NCBI GenBank assembly: GCA_043228905.1
Contig: JBHGNT010000010.1
Coordinates: forward strand, 6,076,001-6,140,000
Length of the DNA stretch: 64,000 nt
Direction: 5' to 3'
Source of the DNA: Azolla caroliniana
Lineage: Eukaryota > Plantae > Polypodiophyta
Both the position numbers and the translations under genes were made by a program. This document shows, one piece after another, positions 51,747-64,000 of this stretch. Under the pieces are notes generated by a model, which searched no databases, was not told where the DNA came from, and saw nothing but the letters and a program-made list of their open reading frames with translations. Each line of letters starts with the position of its first letter. Position 1 is the first letter of the stretch.

Positions 51747-54700
51747 GGGCCATGCAACTGGACATCTCCTGTCGCCCACATTCTCTTGGTTACATTGCCG
51801 GACCATCAAGCAATTTCACATTGGAGGTATGGCTTTCGTTTAACTCTAGTTCCATTCAGTCTGTTGCTTTACTTGATTCTGGGGCATCTTCTTGCTTCAT
51901 CGACGTCGCGTTTGCCCAAGCACATGGCGTACCTGTCGTTGGCCTCTCAAAACCCATTCCAGTTGAAGCCATCGACGGGTGCGTCCTCTCGTCAGGTGCA
52001 ATTACTCAAGCTACAATCCCATTAGGGCTTCGGGTGGGCTCACACCAAGAGGAGCTCACCTTTTACCTCATCGCATCTCCTCGACATCCGATCGTCTTAG
52101 GACTAACGTGGTTGGAGGCGCACAATCCAATAGTGGATTGGTGCAACCGCTCGATCACATTTAGCAAGCGAAGATGCTCGTGCAAAAGTATGAAGGTAAA
52201 TTCAGTTTCCTATCCTTCGGAGACGGTCGACTCCGAATTGACTACCCCATCATCCGTCCAGGATGGGTTTGTTTGTGGCGCCATTTCTAACACACTCCAT
52301 GTTATTCCCGAAAAATACCAACACTTCTCCGACGTATTTGAAAAATGTAATGCTGATCGGTTGCCTGAACACCGGCTCTACGACTGTCCGATTGATCTTC
52401 AAGGAGGTGCGTGTCCACCCTTTGGTCCTCTATATGCGTTGTCTGCACCAGAGTTGAAGGCCCTTCGTGTGTATCTCGATGAGAACCTCGAGAAAGGCTT
52501 TATTCAACCTTCTAAGTCACCAGCCGGGGCCCCCATTTTATTTGTGAAGAAGAAGGACGGCTCTCTACGCTTATGCGTCGACTACCGAGGTCTCAACAAA
52601 CTCACTGTGCGCAACCGCTATCCGCTACCTCTGATCCCTGAACTCCTTGATCGGCTCCGAGTTGCACGTGTCTTCTCCAAAGTTGATCTGCGTGGAGCGT
52701 ACAATCTAGTACGCATCAAGCCGGGGGATGAATGGAAAACCGCATTTCGAACACGGTATGGGTATTTCGAATACAAGGTAATGCCTTTTGGTCTTACTAA
52801 CGCTCCCGCAGTTTTTCAACATATGATGAACGATATTTTCCGGGAATATCTTGATCTTTTTGTTGTCATTTACCTCGATGATATTCTCATTTTCTCGCCA
52901 AACATGGAGGAGCACACTCGCCAAGTCCGATTAGTTCTTGCCAAACTTCGCGAGCATGGCCTTTATGCCAAAGGCGAGAAATGCGAGTTCGACCGTACCT
53001 CGATCGAATTTCTGGGCTACATCATCTCGCCCACTGGCATCACCATGGATATGAAGAAGGTCTCTGTCATTCAGGCGTGGGCGACTCCAAGGCGACTTAA
53101 AGATGTGCAATCCTTCCTCGGCTTCGCGAATTTTTACCGTCGCTTCATCAAGGGGTTTTCCACCCTAGCACAACCTCTTATCGCTCTCACCCATAAACGC
53201 ACTCCATTTTTATGGACCTCGGAGGCACAAAATGTGTTCGACTCACTCAAACACGCATTCATCACTGCCCCGGTGCTGCTACATGCCGACCCCACAAAAC
53301 CCTTCCAAGTTGAAACCGATGCCTCTGACTTTGCCATTGGCGCCATCTTATCCCAAGCAGACGACAACAACCTAATGCACCCAGTGGCTTACTATTCCCG
53401 AAAATTTACGGCATCCGAAATCAATTATCCCATTTACGACAAGGAGCTTGCTGCTATCATTGCTGCCTTTGAAGAATGGCGACCCTACTTGTCTGGCGCA
53501 CAACATCGTGTCCAGGTAGTGACTGATCATAAAAATTTAGTTTATTTTTCCACCACTCGTACTTTGAATCGAAGGCAGGCCCGTTGGTCGACATTTCTCG
53601 TCGACTACGATTTTGAGATCGTATTTCGACCTGGTGGCCAACATGGGAAGGCTGATGCCCTTTCTCGCCGAGCTGACCTTGCACTCCGCCCTGGGGATGC
53701 TGCTTATGCTCAACAATCTAGACGTTTGTTGAAACCCGACCAATTGCATCTGTTTGCCACTTGTATGTTGCAGGATGATTCTTTACTCCAACAAATCACT
53801 GATGCATCCAAGACCGATGCGTTCGCCAACGAGATTCGAGATAGTCTGCAAAACCCCTCCAAGGCGACCAAAAGGAAGGATCTTGACACCTTCACCATAC
53901 AAGAGGGTTTGTTGTTCCGAGATCATCTCTTATACGTCCCAGAGGGCCCATGTCGCACCCGGGTGTTGCGGGAATGCCACGATGACCCACTTGCAGGTCA
54001 TTTCGGGGTCGCGAAAACCCTCGAGCTAATCTCTCGAGGGTATTGGTGGCCACAACCATGGAAGCTGGTCAAAGAATACATAAAGAGTTGTGAGGTTTGT
54101 GCTCGCTCCAAAGCCATTCATCATCGGCCATACGGCTTACTACAGCCGCTTCCATGTCCTCGTCGTCCTTGGGCCTCTATCTCTATGGACCTGATAACTG
54201 ATCTACCCTTGGTCAATAGCTATGACTCGGTGTTGGTCGTTGTCGATCGGTTTACGAAGATGGCTCACTTCACTCCATGCTCCAAAACCATTTCCGGAGA
54301 AGGAATGGTGCATCTCCTACTCAACAATGTAGTACGCTTGCATGGACTCCCCGATGATGTCATCTCGGATCGCGGACCCCAGTTTGTCTCTCACTTCTGG
54401 CAGCGCCTGCTACAAACTTTAGGCATCTCTGTCAAGTTGTCCTCCGCTTATCACCCCCAAACTGACGGGCAAACGGAGCGTGTCAACCAAATCCTTGAGT
54501 AGTATCTTCGGTGCTCGGTTAGTTACCAACAAGATGATTGGGTCAACTTACTTTCGCTCGCGGAATTCGCCTACAATAATTCTCTCCATGCATCGACTGG
54601 CGTCACTCCCTTCTTTGCCAACTACGGTTTACATCCTCGCTTCAACATTTCCCTTCCTACCACTTCCGTGAACCCTTCAGCGGAGGATCGTGCCCGCATT

Positions 54701-55300
54701 TTGGAAGAAGTACATCATGATTTATCCTTGGAGCTTAGTCTTGCTAGTGAACGATACAAGAAGCAGGCTGATCGCCATCGATCTTCCACTCCACACTTTG
54801 TCGTTGGCGACATGGTCTGGTTGTTACGTCGACACATCTCTACTACTCGTCCATGTGCGAAACTTGATTACAAGAAGTTGGGACCATTCCGTATCATCGA
54901 GTGCATCAATCCCGTCGCCTTCCGGCTCGCCCTTCCATCCCACTTCCGAATTCACGATGTTTTTCATGTCTCCCTCCTCGAACCCCATTATGCTTCACAA
55001 CTCCCAGGACGTCAAGCCCCACCACCACCACCTGTGCAATTGACGACAGGGGAGGAATACGAGGTCGACCAAATCCTTGACTTGCGTTGGCACCGTCGAC
55101 ACTTGCAATACCTCGTCCTATGGAGGGGTTACCCCATGTATGAGGCCACATGGGAACCATCGGCAAATTTACAAAATGCCCCAGAGGTCGTCCAAGATTT
55201 TCATCACCGATATCCCCACAAACCAACGGCCGATTTGGGAAGGAGGCGTAAGAGGGGGGATAATGTCAAGATTCGAACTCTTGACACGACCATGTTATAA
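51719..55300 (+). pseudogene. Pol of chromovirus B (protease, RT, RNase H, integrase, chromodomain) in the -1 frame; in-frame TAG at 54500-54502
   Basis: LLDSGA, YLDD, ETDASDFA, SDRG/GQTER and EYEVDQILD...YLVLWRGY...TWEP. Confidence 0.93.
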
Positions 55301-56126
55301 TCTACTATTATGAGTTAACCAAGATATCTAGTACTAGTTATGTATGTAATTGGTCCTTATTATTTTGCTAGCATCATGTGCATAGTTGCTCCCTTGTAGT
55401 ATTTACACTTGGCACATGCATGCATACCTACATGCTCTATTGTAGATTCACATGCGTGCAACAAGTATGCATGCCATGTAGTATAAATAGAGGAGTTCAC
55501 CTTGAAGGAATTCAAGGTGAACAAAACCAGTTATGGAGTCTTTCCTTTAGTACTATCTTCTTTCTTGTCCATTTGGTTATCTTCTTGGTTGTCTCTTGAG
55601 TTTATGATCCGTGACAGTCTTCACCCTATTCCGTTTTAGGGTTTCGTCTTGGTTTTCTTCTGCTTCCTCTTCCCCTTCATGTTTGTTTAGGGCTTGCTTC
55701 TGCTCGGTCTCCTGTGCAAGACCCCGCTCAAGGCGACAAGCCCGTGAGCTCCCCGATCGGCGGCTTGGCAGCAGACTGATGTTGTAACCTACCTTCGTCT
55801 AGCCTGAAGCCAGGGTTGTATCTTTTCCTGTAATATATATATATATTCGTGTTTGTTGTGCATATCGGTGTATTTGGTGGAGTCGGGAGAAGAGCCCCTT
55901 GTTTCTTGTGTATAAGAGTCGGTGTAGCACGCATGCTCTCTCTCTCTTCTCTCTCTCTCTCTCTCTCGTGTTTGGTTGCTTCCGGGACGCGTCTTCTCGG
56001 CATCCCTTCCTCTCTCGTCCGACACCCCCGTGGTCCCACCCCTTCTACACACACGTGCGAACTGTGTGCGAATGTCATGGAAGGTGACAAACTCCCCTGT
56101 GTCGAGGCCAGAATACCATCACGCAG

Positions 56127-56669
56127 CTAGTTCATCGAGGGATAGCGTAAACTCGGCAATTTTTGAGGCCTCGATTTCGGCAGGCGAGAGTCACTGGGTT
56201 GAGTGGTTGGCCTGCTAGGTGGACACGAAGGCACGGACGTGCGACTCCGCGTCGAGGTTGTCGGTGTATCGTAGGTAAGGATACGACATGGTATCGAATT
56301 CGGAGTCTTTCGGTAAAGCCAGAAAAGGGTTAGGGTCAGGGTGGGTGACCTCTGGAGGGCTTGGTGGAGAGGTTGGTGTGGACTCGACTCGCGACCGAGT
56401 AGCAGGTGGCGAGGATTGCAACCGGTGAGCCTCCGATGTTTTTGGGAAGGACTAGTTCGTGACCGCCGAGTCGGAAGTGCCTTCGACTGGCTCAGGGCAT
56501 CGACCAAATGGCCGAGACCGCTTGGTGCGATTGGGCGCCGTGATGGTGGCTGAAGGTTGTCTTCAACGTAGTTCGTTGTGATCTCACAGCTGTCCCACCA
56601 GGCGTGCCAAATTGTGTTAACCGTTCTGTCGGAAACACCTTCGATATGCCTACGAGTTATCGGTATCAA
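56127..56669 (-). pseudogene. Degenerate gag-like fragment, antisense to the flanking LTR-like sequences
   Basis: The YPYLRYTDNLDAESHVRAF motif resembles retrotransposon gag N-termini; frameshifted. Confidence 0.4.
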
Positions 56670-57134
56670 GGGAAGTGTAATCGTGAAGACTTGTGCACGA
56701 GGGTGTCGTTAAGGGAAGAACACGGAGAGCATACCCGGAATAGAGCCTCGGTCGTATACGTAGTTGAGATCTTAGAAACGACGACACACAGGCAAAAACA
56801 ACAAGAGCTAATAGATATGTATTACTGTAATAGTTAGCGATGTTTATAAACAAACACGGCTCACAGCCGGTAGCCTTATAAAGCTCCTATATCTATGAAA
56901 CAACCTCGCCTAGGTTCTGGATATCTCTCATTGCCGAGGTACACAAACCTCGGTTTATATACTCCTTTTCCTTCATACAGCGTCGAGCGGTCGGCGGACT
57001 GTGTGGCTCGAAACTCGGCGTTTTACCTAACTCTCCCTTACCTACTCGCCTTACTTCCGGTGTATTACATTTAACTAATTTCTATTTTACCCTATGGACA
57101 ACAACCGGTGGACGTGCGGTTTGGTGGGGGCGGA

Positions 57135-57845
57135 TGTCGTGAAGTTCCTGGCACATAGTGAGAAACCGGGAGATATTGGAGAGATCAGCGAGGTGCAACA
57201 TGTGCACCCATCCTTGTAAATTTGTATAGGGAATAGGGGCGCCTTTATGGTGCCGAACGGCAATAATTACGAGACAAAGAATCCCATGTATTGTGGGTTT
57301 ATCTCACATTCCACACGACCCTCACCTTGTTCTATAAAAGGGAGGGCGCGCCCTTTGTATAGGGGTTCCCAGTTTTTCGCTTGGGTTCCAATTTTGCTCT
57401 TTCTCTCTCTTCAGACTCTGTCCTGATTTGTATGCTTTAGGGTTCACAGAATTCCCCTCTACGGATTCAATTGTTGTTACTATGTAACATAACACAACAG
57501 TTTTTGTTCCACTTCTGTTTCTTCTTCCTTTCGTCTTGTTCTCTTTTCTCTATTTCTGTTAGGGTTTCTGTGTGCCCTTTTTGAAGGTCTTCCGTTCTGT
57601 TGAAGATGTGAGTTCATGTGCGTCTCTGTGTGTGTGTGCGGGTGTTAAGGTGTCTTCGTTGTCGTTCGTGGTGAACTACGCACTCGGTTGTCTGGTAGCA
57701 AGCTCCCTCTTCTCTAGTGTGCAAGACCCACAGGAGATGGCGAGCTGAACACTCCTAGTAGGCGGTTCAACAGCAAGAGGTGGTCGTTCAAGAAAAGGGG
57801 CGTGCCCTGCACGAGGATCTCGTCGCGCGTCTGAGCTTGGGTGCT
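57135..57845 (+). mobile_element. LTR-like family X copy 3, interrupted by a Copia and resuming at 63418
   Basis: Starts tgtcgtgaagtt, preceded by PPT-like ggtgggggcgga; same conserved blocks as copies 1 and 2. Confidence 0.65.
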
Positions 57846-60800
57846 TGTCGAATACAAATGTATAATGGACGTATTCACACTATCCTCTTAGAGAGCCCAA
57901 GTTCGGGCTATTTCTGTAAATAACATAAAGGGCAGTTGCCCTAAGTGAGTCACTATATAAAGTGACTTTGTGACCCTTTGTAAAGGTTGGTTGTTCATTG
58001 TTGTAACGGTTGCCCCTTTATGAATATAGATATATTCTTTGTGCCTCTCTCTCTCTCTGTACGTAATTTGTTCTTGCCTCTCTCATACGCAGGTATTTTC
58101 TTCCTCACAGATTCATACTGTGTGATCTCTTCCGCACTGATGGCCTTGTTCATTCCCTACATTTGGTATCAGAGCTTGGATGTCCTTCATCCCGCTGTCG
58201 GCCTCCATTCGAATCTTTGGATCACAACATTCTGTTTTTTTTTGTTTTGTATTTGAAGAAACAGAGAAGAGAGAAGAAGAAGAAAAACGAGGCTTGCATC
58301 TCATCGCGTTAGATCATCTTCGCTTGGAGTAAGCCAGCCGGTTGTACTCTGTTCCTCGTGATCGTAACCGCTCGAGGTGAAATCCCCTTGTGCAAAATTG
58401 ACACGATCGTGCTCGACTCAGTTAAACGGCATCCGAACAGGTCACCGAACGCTGCTCGCTGCCCGTTGTAACCACTCGGTGCAGATCGGTCTCAAGACAA
58501 CAACCCCAATTCATGCTTCATCCAGCTGATCGACATTCAGGAGGATCAATTGGATCCGTCTCTCTCATCGCTGCAGTCACCCGAAGCAGAATCGGTCCAG
58601 ATAATCGGTTTCAATAATCGGTATTTGGCATATATATTCGGAAGCGAACCGGGCTCACTCCGACTCGGTAACATTTGGGAAGACCAGTCGGTTCTGTCCC
58701 TTGAGTTACCGGAGTCAATTCGAGCAAGTTCAACAATACATATATCCGAAACCGAACTGACTTGGGTTCAAATTCGACTAGAACGATATCGGGTGAGCCG
58801 ACCGGCTGCACTCCAACAAGGTTCGTAGTCAACTCCGAACCGAGCTTCATCAACCGAAACCGAATCTGATGGCATCAACATCCGGGTCATCAGAAATGAG
58901 TCTAAGGAGGTTCGACGGTTCGAACTTCAATTTTTGGAAGGAGCAAATGCAGGACTATCTTATAGTCAAGGGTCAGATTGATCCGATTGAGAATGAAACT
59001 GCTCCAGAAATATACAAGGCAAATGAGTGGCAGAAGCTGGACAAAATCGTCTGCGCCACGATTCGGATGCACCTGTCGGAGTCAGTGTACTTCACAGTGC
59101 AATCGTGCACGACAGCCTTCGAACTTTGGAAGAAGCTGTCGGAAACCTACGAAAAGAAGGTTGCCTCAACGAAGATGTATTTGATCCGGCGCCTTTACAA
59201 CCTGCGGATGAAAGACTCCGATTCGGTTCAGGCACACCTTAATGAGTACGAAATTTTGAGCTCCCAAATCTCGTCACAGGGGACGACAATCGAGGATGAA
59301 CTCAGAGCAATGATACTCATGAGCAGTCTCCCCTCCTCTTGGGAAACCTTCGTTACAACTGTGTGCAACGCTTCTACGACTGCCATCAAGTACTCCGAAG
59401 TCACAAGTGCAATCCTGATTGAAGCAGCTCGGAGAAAGTCTTTCACCAAAGACTCAGCAGAAGAAGCCTATGTAGTACAAGGTTCGACCGACCGATCGAA
59501 CAACCGGGGAAGAAGTTCTTCCCGACCGCCGACAAATCAGTGAAGCCGCAGCAAGTCCCGAGAAACCCGAATCTGCAACTACTGCAAGAAACCGGGACAC
59601 ATCAAGGCCGACTGTCGGGTACTCAAGTCAAAGACAAACAAAGCTCAGAGAGCTGATCAGAGGAGTAACCGACATGAGGAAGTCAACTACGTCGGCTCTT
59701 TAGCCGAGATATTGACGACCGACCCGAACATATTGTCCATAGAGAATCCAGTCGAATCAGAAGTTCTGCTTATGACTGAGGAATCGAGCACATGGCTTCA
59801 GGACTCGGGCGCGTCGTATCACGTGACACCTCATCGATCACAGTTTTGGCAATATTCGGACCGGCACTCCGACTCAGTTCGAGTCAGAAATTCGCAGCAC
59901 TGTGCTATCATCGGAATTGGCACCGTAGAGCTCAACCTTCCGGATGGCTCTACACTCGTACTACACAATGTCCGACACGTTCCTGAGCTCTCACGACCCT
60001 TGATCTCAGTCAGACAACTTGATGAAGCTGGCATCCGTGCTGGTTTCTCATTAGGAGGGTGGACACTCCACAGAGGGAACCTCCTGCTTGCTAGAGGACC
60101 AAAGGTACACTCATTGTACCCTTTGTATGTCACACTCAGAGAGGGTGACTTATTTCTGGTAGATATCCCTATGTCATCCTTATGGCATGGACGACTTGGA
60201 CACCTCAGCAAGACCGGCATCACGCACCTATCCAGAGCCGGATACATCCCGAAACTCTCCTTCTCGGACCATCAGTTTTGCGAGCATTGCCAGTACGCCA
60301 AACAGGTAGCCGCATCACACCCGACATCAGCACCAAGAGAGTCAAGCCCGCTCGATTTGGTCCACTCGGACGTCTGTGGCCCGATGCCACATCAGTCACT
60401 CGGTGGTGCTTCGTACTTCGTCAGTTTCATTGACAACTCGACTCAGAAGGTGTGGGCTTACCCCATCAGAACCAAAGATCGGGTGTTTTCGATCTTCTCA
60501 GATTGGCTCACAATGGTCGAAAACCAGACCGGTCGGAAACTGAAGTGTCTCCAAACCGACAATGGAGGTGAGTTCAAATCTGATGAATTCGTCAAATTTT
60601 GCCGAGAACGCGACATTAGACGTGAATATACGGGACCATATAGTCCAGAGCAGAACGGAATCGCAGAACGCATGAATCGGATGATTCAAGAACGGGTTGT
60701 ATCCATGCTCCAACACTCCGGACTGTCAGATGGCTTCTGGGCAGAGGCTCTACTCACGGCAGTACACATAATCAATATGTCGCCAAGTAGACATCTAGGA

Positions 60801-63245
60801 CTTAAGATACCTCAGGAAATATGGACCGACAGAAAGCCGAATTATGATAAGCTGAGGATTTTCAGTTGCGAGGCATACGCCCTCATACCGAAAGACGACC
60901 GCTGAAAGCTCGAACCGAGATCAAGGAAATGTGTTTTCCTCGGGTACAGACTCGACGGCGAGATTGGATACCGACTCTGGGACCCCGAACACAGGAAAAT
61001 CATCCGAAGTTCGGACGTCGTGTTCAATGAGTCGACTATGCACAAAACAGCCGAAAGGCCTATTGACGTCCGAAGGGTAATATTTTCCGAAGTGCCAACC
61101 CTTCATGACGGCCCAGCACACAACACGAGACCGGTTTCACGGGTAACTAACTTCTCTCGCACCGAATCCACAGATTCGGCACAGCCGAATGGCTCGGCTT
61201 CCGACCATCCGACATCGACACCCGGTGCGACCAATCCAGTCATACCTCGAAGATCTGAGAGACTGTCGCAACCTCCTGAGAGGTACTCTCCCGGAATTTT
61301 CTTCACCAACGCCAGCGAACCGACGTCCTACGAAGAAGCATCGGCAGCTGCCGATTCAGCCACCTGGCATCTGGCAATGGAGTCGGAAATGCACTCAATC
61401 CGCACCAACAAGACTTGGGATCTGGTCGACTTACGGAAGAATCGACGTGCTCTTCCTTGCAAGTGGGTCTATAGACTAAAGGAGACGTCCGACTCGACCA
61501 CCCCAAAGTACAAGGCCAGATTAGATGCGAAGGGATTTCGACAGGACTATGGCGTCGACTTCAATGAAATCTTTTCACCAGTGGTGAAAATGACAACCCT
61601 TCGTTTCATGCTCGGTGTTGTGGCCGCCGACAATTTGGAGCTGATTCAGCTTGATGTGAAAACGGCATTCCTCCACAGTGATCTAGAGGAAATCTACATG
61701 GAGCAGCCGAAAGGCTTTGTGGCCACCGGTCAGGAACATCTAGTCTGCCGACTCAGGAAGAGTCTTTACGGCCTAAAACAGGCACCCTGACAGTCGGTCG
61801 GCTTCTCCAAGAGCGATGAGGACCACTGCCTCTTCACCAAAACAGCTCAAGACGGTTCTCCCGTCTTCCTCATCATCTACGTGGACGACATGCTACTCTC
61901 CGGTCGGCATACCGGAGAGCTCACCGAACTCGTTCGGAAACTACGATTGAAGTTTGCCATGAAGGACCTTGGTCCGACAAGACACATACTCGGAATGAAG
62001 ATTAGTTGGAATCACACCAAAAGACAGATTTTTCTGTCTCAAACCGACTACATCGGACATGTCTTGGAACGCTTCAACATGCAATCGGCCAAGTCTGCTT
62101 CCACCCCGCTCCCCATTCATCTTCGGCTTTCTCAGCGAGACTGCCCGACATCTGGTCCGGAGGGGGAAGACATGAAGTCGGTACCGTATGCACCGGCAGT
62201 AGGCTCTCTGATGTACGTGATGGTCGCGACACGGCCTGATATTTCTCACGCCGTAGGAGTCATCAGCAGATTTATGCACAATCCCGTTCGATCTCACTGG
62301 AACGCAGTCAAGCATGTGTTCAGATATTTAGCTGGCACAAAAGACCACGACATCCTTTTCGGTTTGAAGTCAACTTCAGGCGTAGCCGGTTACACCGACT
62401 TGGACTTCGCCGGCTGTGTGGACAGTCGCAAGTCAACAACCGGATATTGCTTTAAATTCGGCAATCTCGTGGAAGTCGAAACTTCAGGAGTGCACAACCA
62501 CCTCAATGACCAAAGCAGAATATGTAGCTGCCTCCGACGCAGCGAAAGAAGCTTTATGGCTCGGTCGGCTGGCGCACACGTTTCGGCAAGTCGACTCCGA
62601 CTCGGCTCCAGTTGTCTACAGCGACAGTCAGAGTGTTGTTGCTTTGTCGAAAAATCCGGTTCATCACAACGCCTCCAAGCATATCGAAGTTCGATATCAC
62701 TTCATTCGGGACTGCGTCATTTCCGGGAAAATCGGTTTAGAGAAGATATCCACAACCGATAATGTCGCAGATGGAATGACTAAGTGTCTTTCGGCAGACC
62801 GGTTCCGGTCTCTTCAGCAACAGATGGGCGTAACAACATATCGGTCCGGTTGAAGCCGGACATAGTGCAGGACAGTTTCGGACAACAGACATCGGTTCAC
62901 TGACGATCAACTTCAGCTTTTCCGACCCGACCAATTCGGTCTTCTATCTACAGATCATGCCGATTCGAACAAAACCGACCTGTCCGAGAACCTATGCCTA
63001 TACCTGTATTTTTTAGATAACCCATGTATACGCCCATTACGGGGGAGTGTCGAATACAAATGTATAATGGACGTATTCACACTATCCTCTTAGAGAGCCC
63101 AAGTTCGGGCTATTTCTGTAAATAACATAAAGGGCAGTTGCCCTAAGTGAGTCACTATATAAAGTGACTTTGTAACCTTTTGTAAAGGTTGGTTGTTCAT
63201 TGTTGTAACGATTGCCCCTTTATGAATATAGATATATTCTTTGTG

Positions 63246-63317
<72 letters not shown>

Positions 63318-63417
63318 CGTAATTTGTTCTTGCCTCTCTCATACGCAAGTATTTTCTTCCTCACAGATTCATACTGTGTGATCTCTTCCGCACTGACGGT
63401 CTTGTTCATTCCCTACA
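57846..63417 (+). mobile_element. Ty1/Copia LTR retrotransposon, full length but decayed; LTRs 57846-58161 and 63048-63417
   Basis: TSD GTGCT; PBS tggtatcagagc (tRNA-iMet) at 58164-58175; PPT gggggag; about 6 transitions between LTRs. Confidence 0.96.
58869..62853 (+). pseudogene. Copia gag-pol with stops, a short RT deletion (~61790) and a frameshift (~62465)
   Basis: FDGSNFNFW, CNYCKKPGHIKADC, DSGASYH, LVHSDVCGP, TDNGGEF, KSLYGLKQAP, YVDD, RKSTTGY and KHIEVRYHFIRD. Confidence 0.93.
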
Positions 63418-64000
63418 GTGCTCCTCGACCGGTCCCAGGATGCAGGCTCCCTTTTTCCCTCTCTATGTGGAACCGGCGTTGTGTGCGTGAGGCTGAGTTC
63501 TAACCGGTGTCGAAGAGCCGATCAAAACCGGGTGTATATGTGTACGTGCATGCGCGCGGGCGCGGTTAACCGGGCTGTGACCCGTGCCTGTTTTGGGCCC
63601 TTGTACATATGAACCGAGGGGCAGTGAAGATGAGTGCGCGTCTTCTCACTCCGTGGATGGTTATCGGTCGCAACCGAGAAGAAATCGGCAGTGCGGCAAG
63701 ATCCCAAGGACTCGAGCCTCCGACAACCTCCTCTCTCATGGTCCATGACCCCGGTGATCCCACCTGGATTCGACGTGCAAGTGCAGAATCCTATGACAAC
63801 GGCAAGGCCTAATGGGCCACAAGAGCCCCCACGCAACCCAAGCACGTCGCGGCCAAGTACGAACTTGGACAAAGGCAATGGTAAGATGCCTGAATACTAA
63901 GTCGATCACCCAGATGACATTGATTTGGATGTGTCGGCTCCCTCACTAGATAGTGAGTTCGGTGTACCCATCATGCGGACACCCGAAGTAAAGAAGACGC

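Larger units (their letters stand above)
50327..55616 (+). mobile_element. Young Ty3/Gypsy chromovirus B; 353-bp LTRs 50327-50679 and 55264-55616
   Basis: TSD GTCTT; 3 substitutions between LTRs; G-rich PPT ending ...gggataa before the 3' LTR; no tRNA PBS. Confidence 0.97.
50017..56088 (+). mobile_element. LTR-like family X copy 2 (50017-50326 plus 55617-~56088), split by chromovirus B
   Basis: Starts tgtcgtgaag; continues after the TSD with the gtgcaagaccccgctc...ggcggcttggca block also seen in copy 1; candidate end ...gtgaca at 56088. Confidence 0.65.

Noticed and set aside
44989-56088. A single intact LTR element bounded by family X copies 1 and 2
   Set aside because: No matching TSD, no PPT before copy 2, LTRs far too diverged and no RT.

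Overview
This is eukaryotic land-plant genomic DNA: spliceosomal introns, AT-rich spacers and microsatellites. An intact SSNA1/DIP13 gene points to a lineage with flagellated sperm, and the window looks fern-like (inference). Bases 1-31 kb hold five intron-containing host genes: the 3' end of a PSMD5-like proteasome chaperone, a polyprenol reductase, a 14-3-3 (5' end lost in a 100-N gap), SSNA1/DIP13/NA14 and mitochondrial-type Cpn10. The same half also has a decayed L1/Tx1-like LINE cluster with (GA)n tails, a solo LTR and tRNA-like short repeats. Bases 31.4-64 kb are a nest of LTR retrotransposons: an old Copia interrupted by a second Copia, itself interrupted by a very young chromovirus; a second chromovirus inside an older LTR; and a third Copia inside another LTR. 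The most notable signals are in the chromoviruses. They have no tRNA primer-binding site (PBS) and instead show covarying Tf1-type self-priming sites with a hairpin at the predicted transcription start. They also carry an outward-facing tRNA-like A-box/B-box module at the LTR U3 end and matching -1 frameshift pseudoknots. A 23-nt SMART/PacBio amplification-adapter sequence inside a 14-3-3 intron flags a probable assembly artefact. All homology calls come from motif recognition, not database searches.
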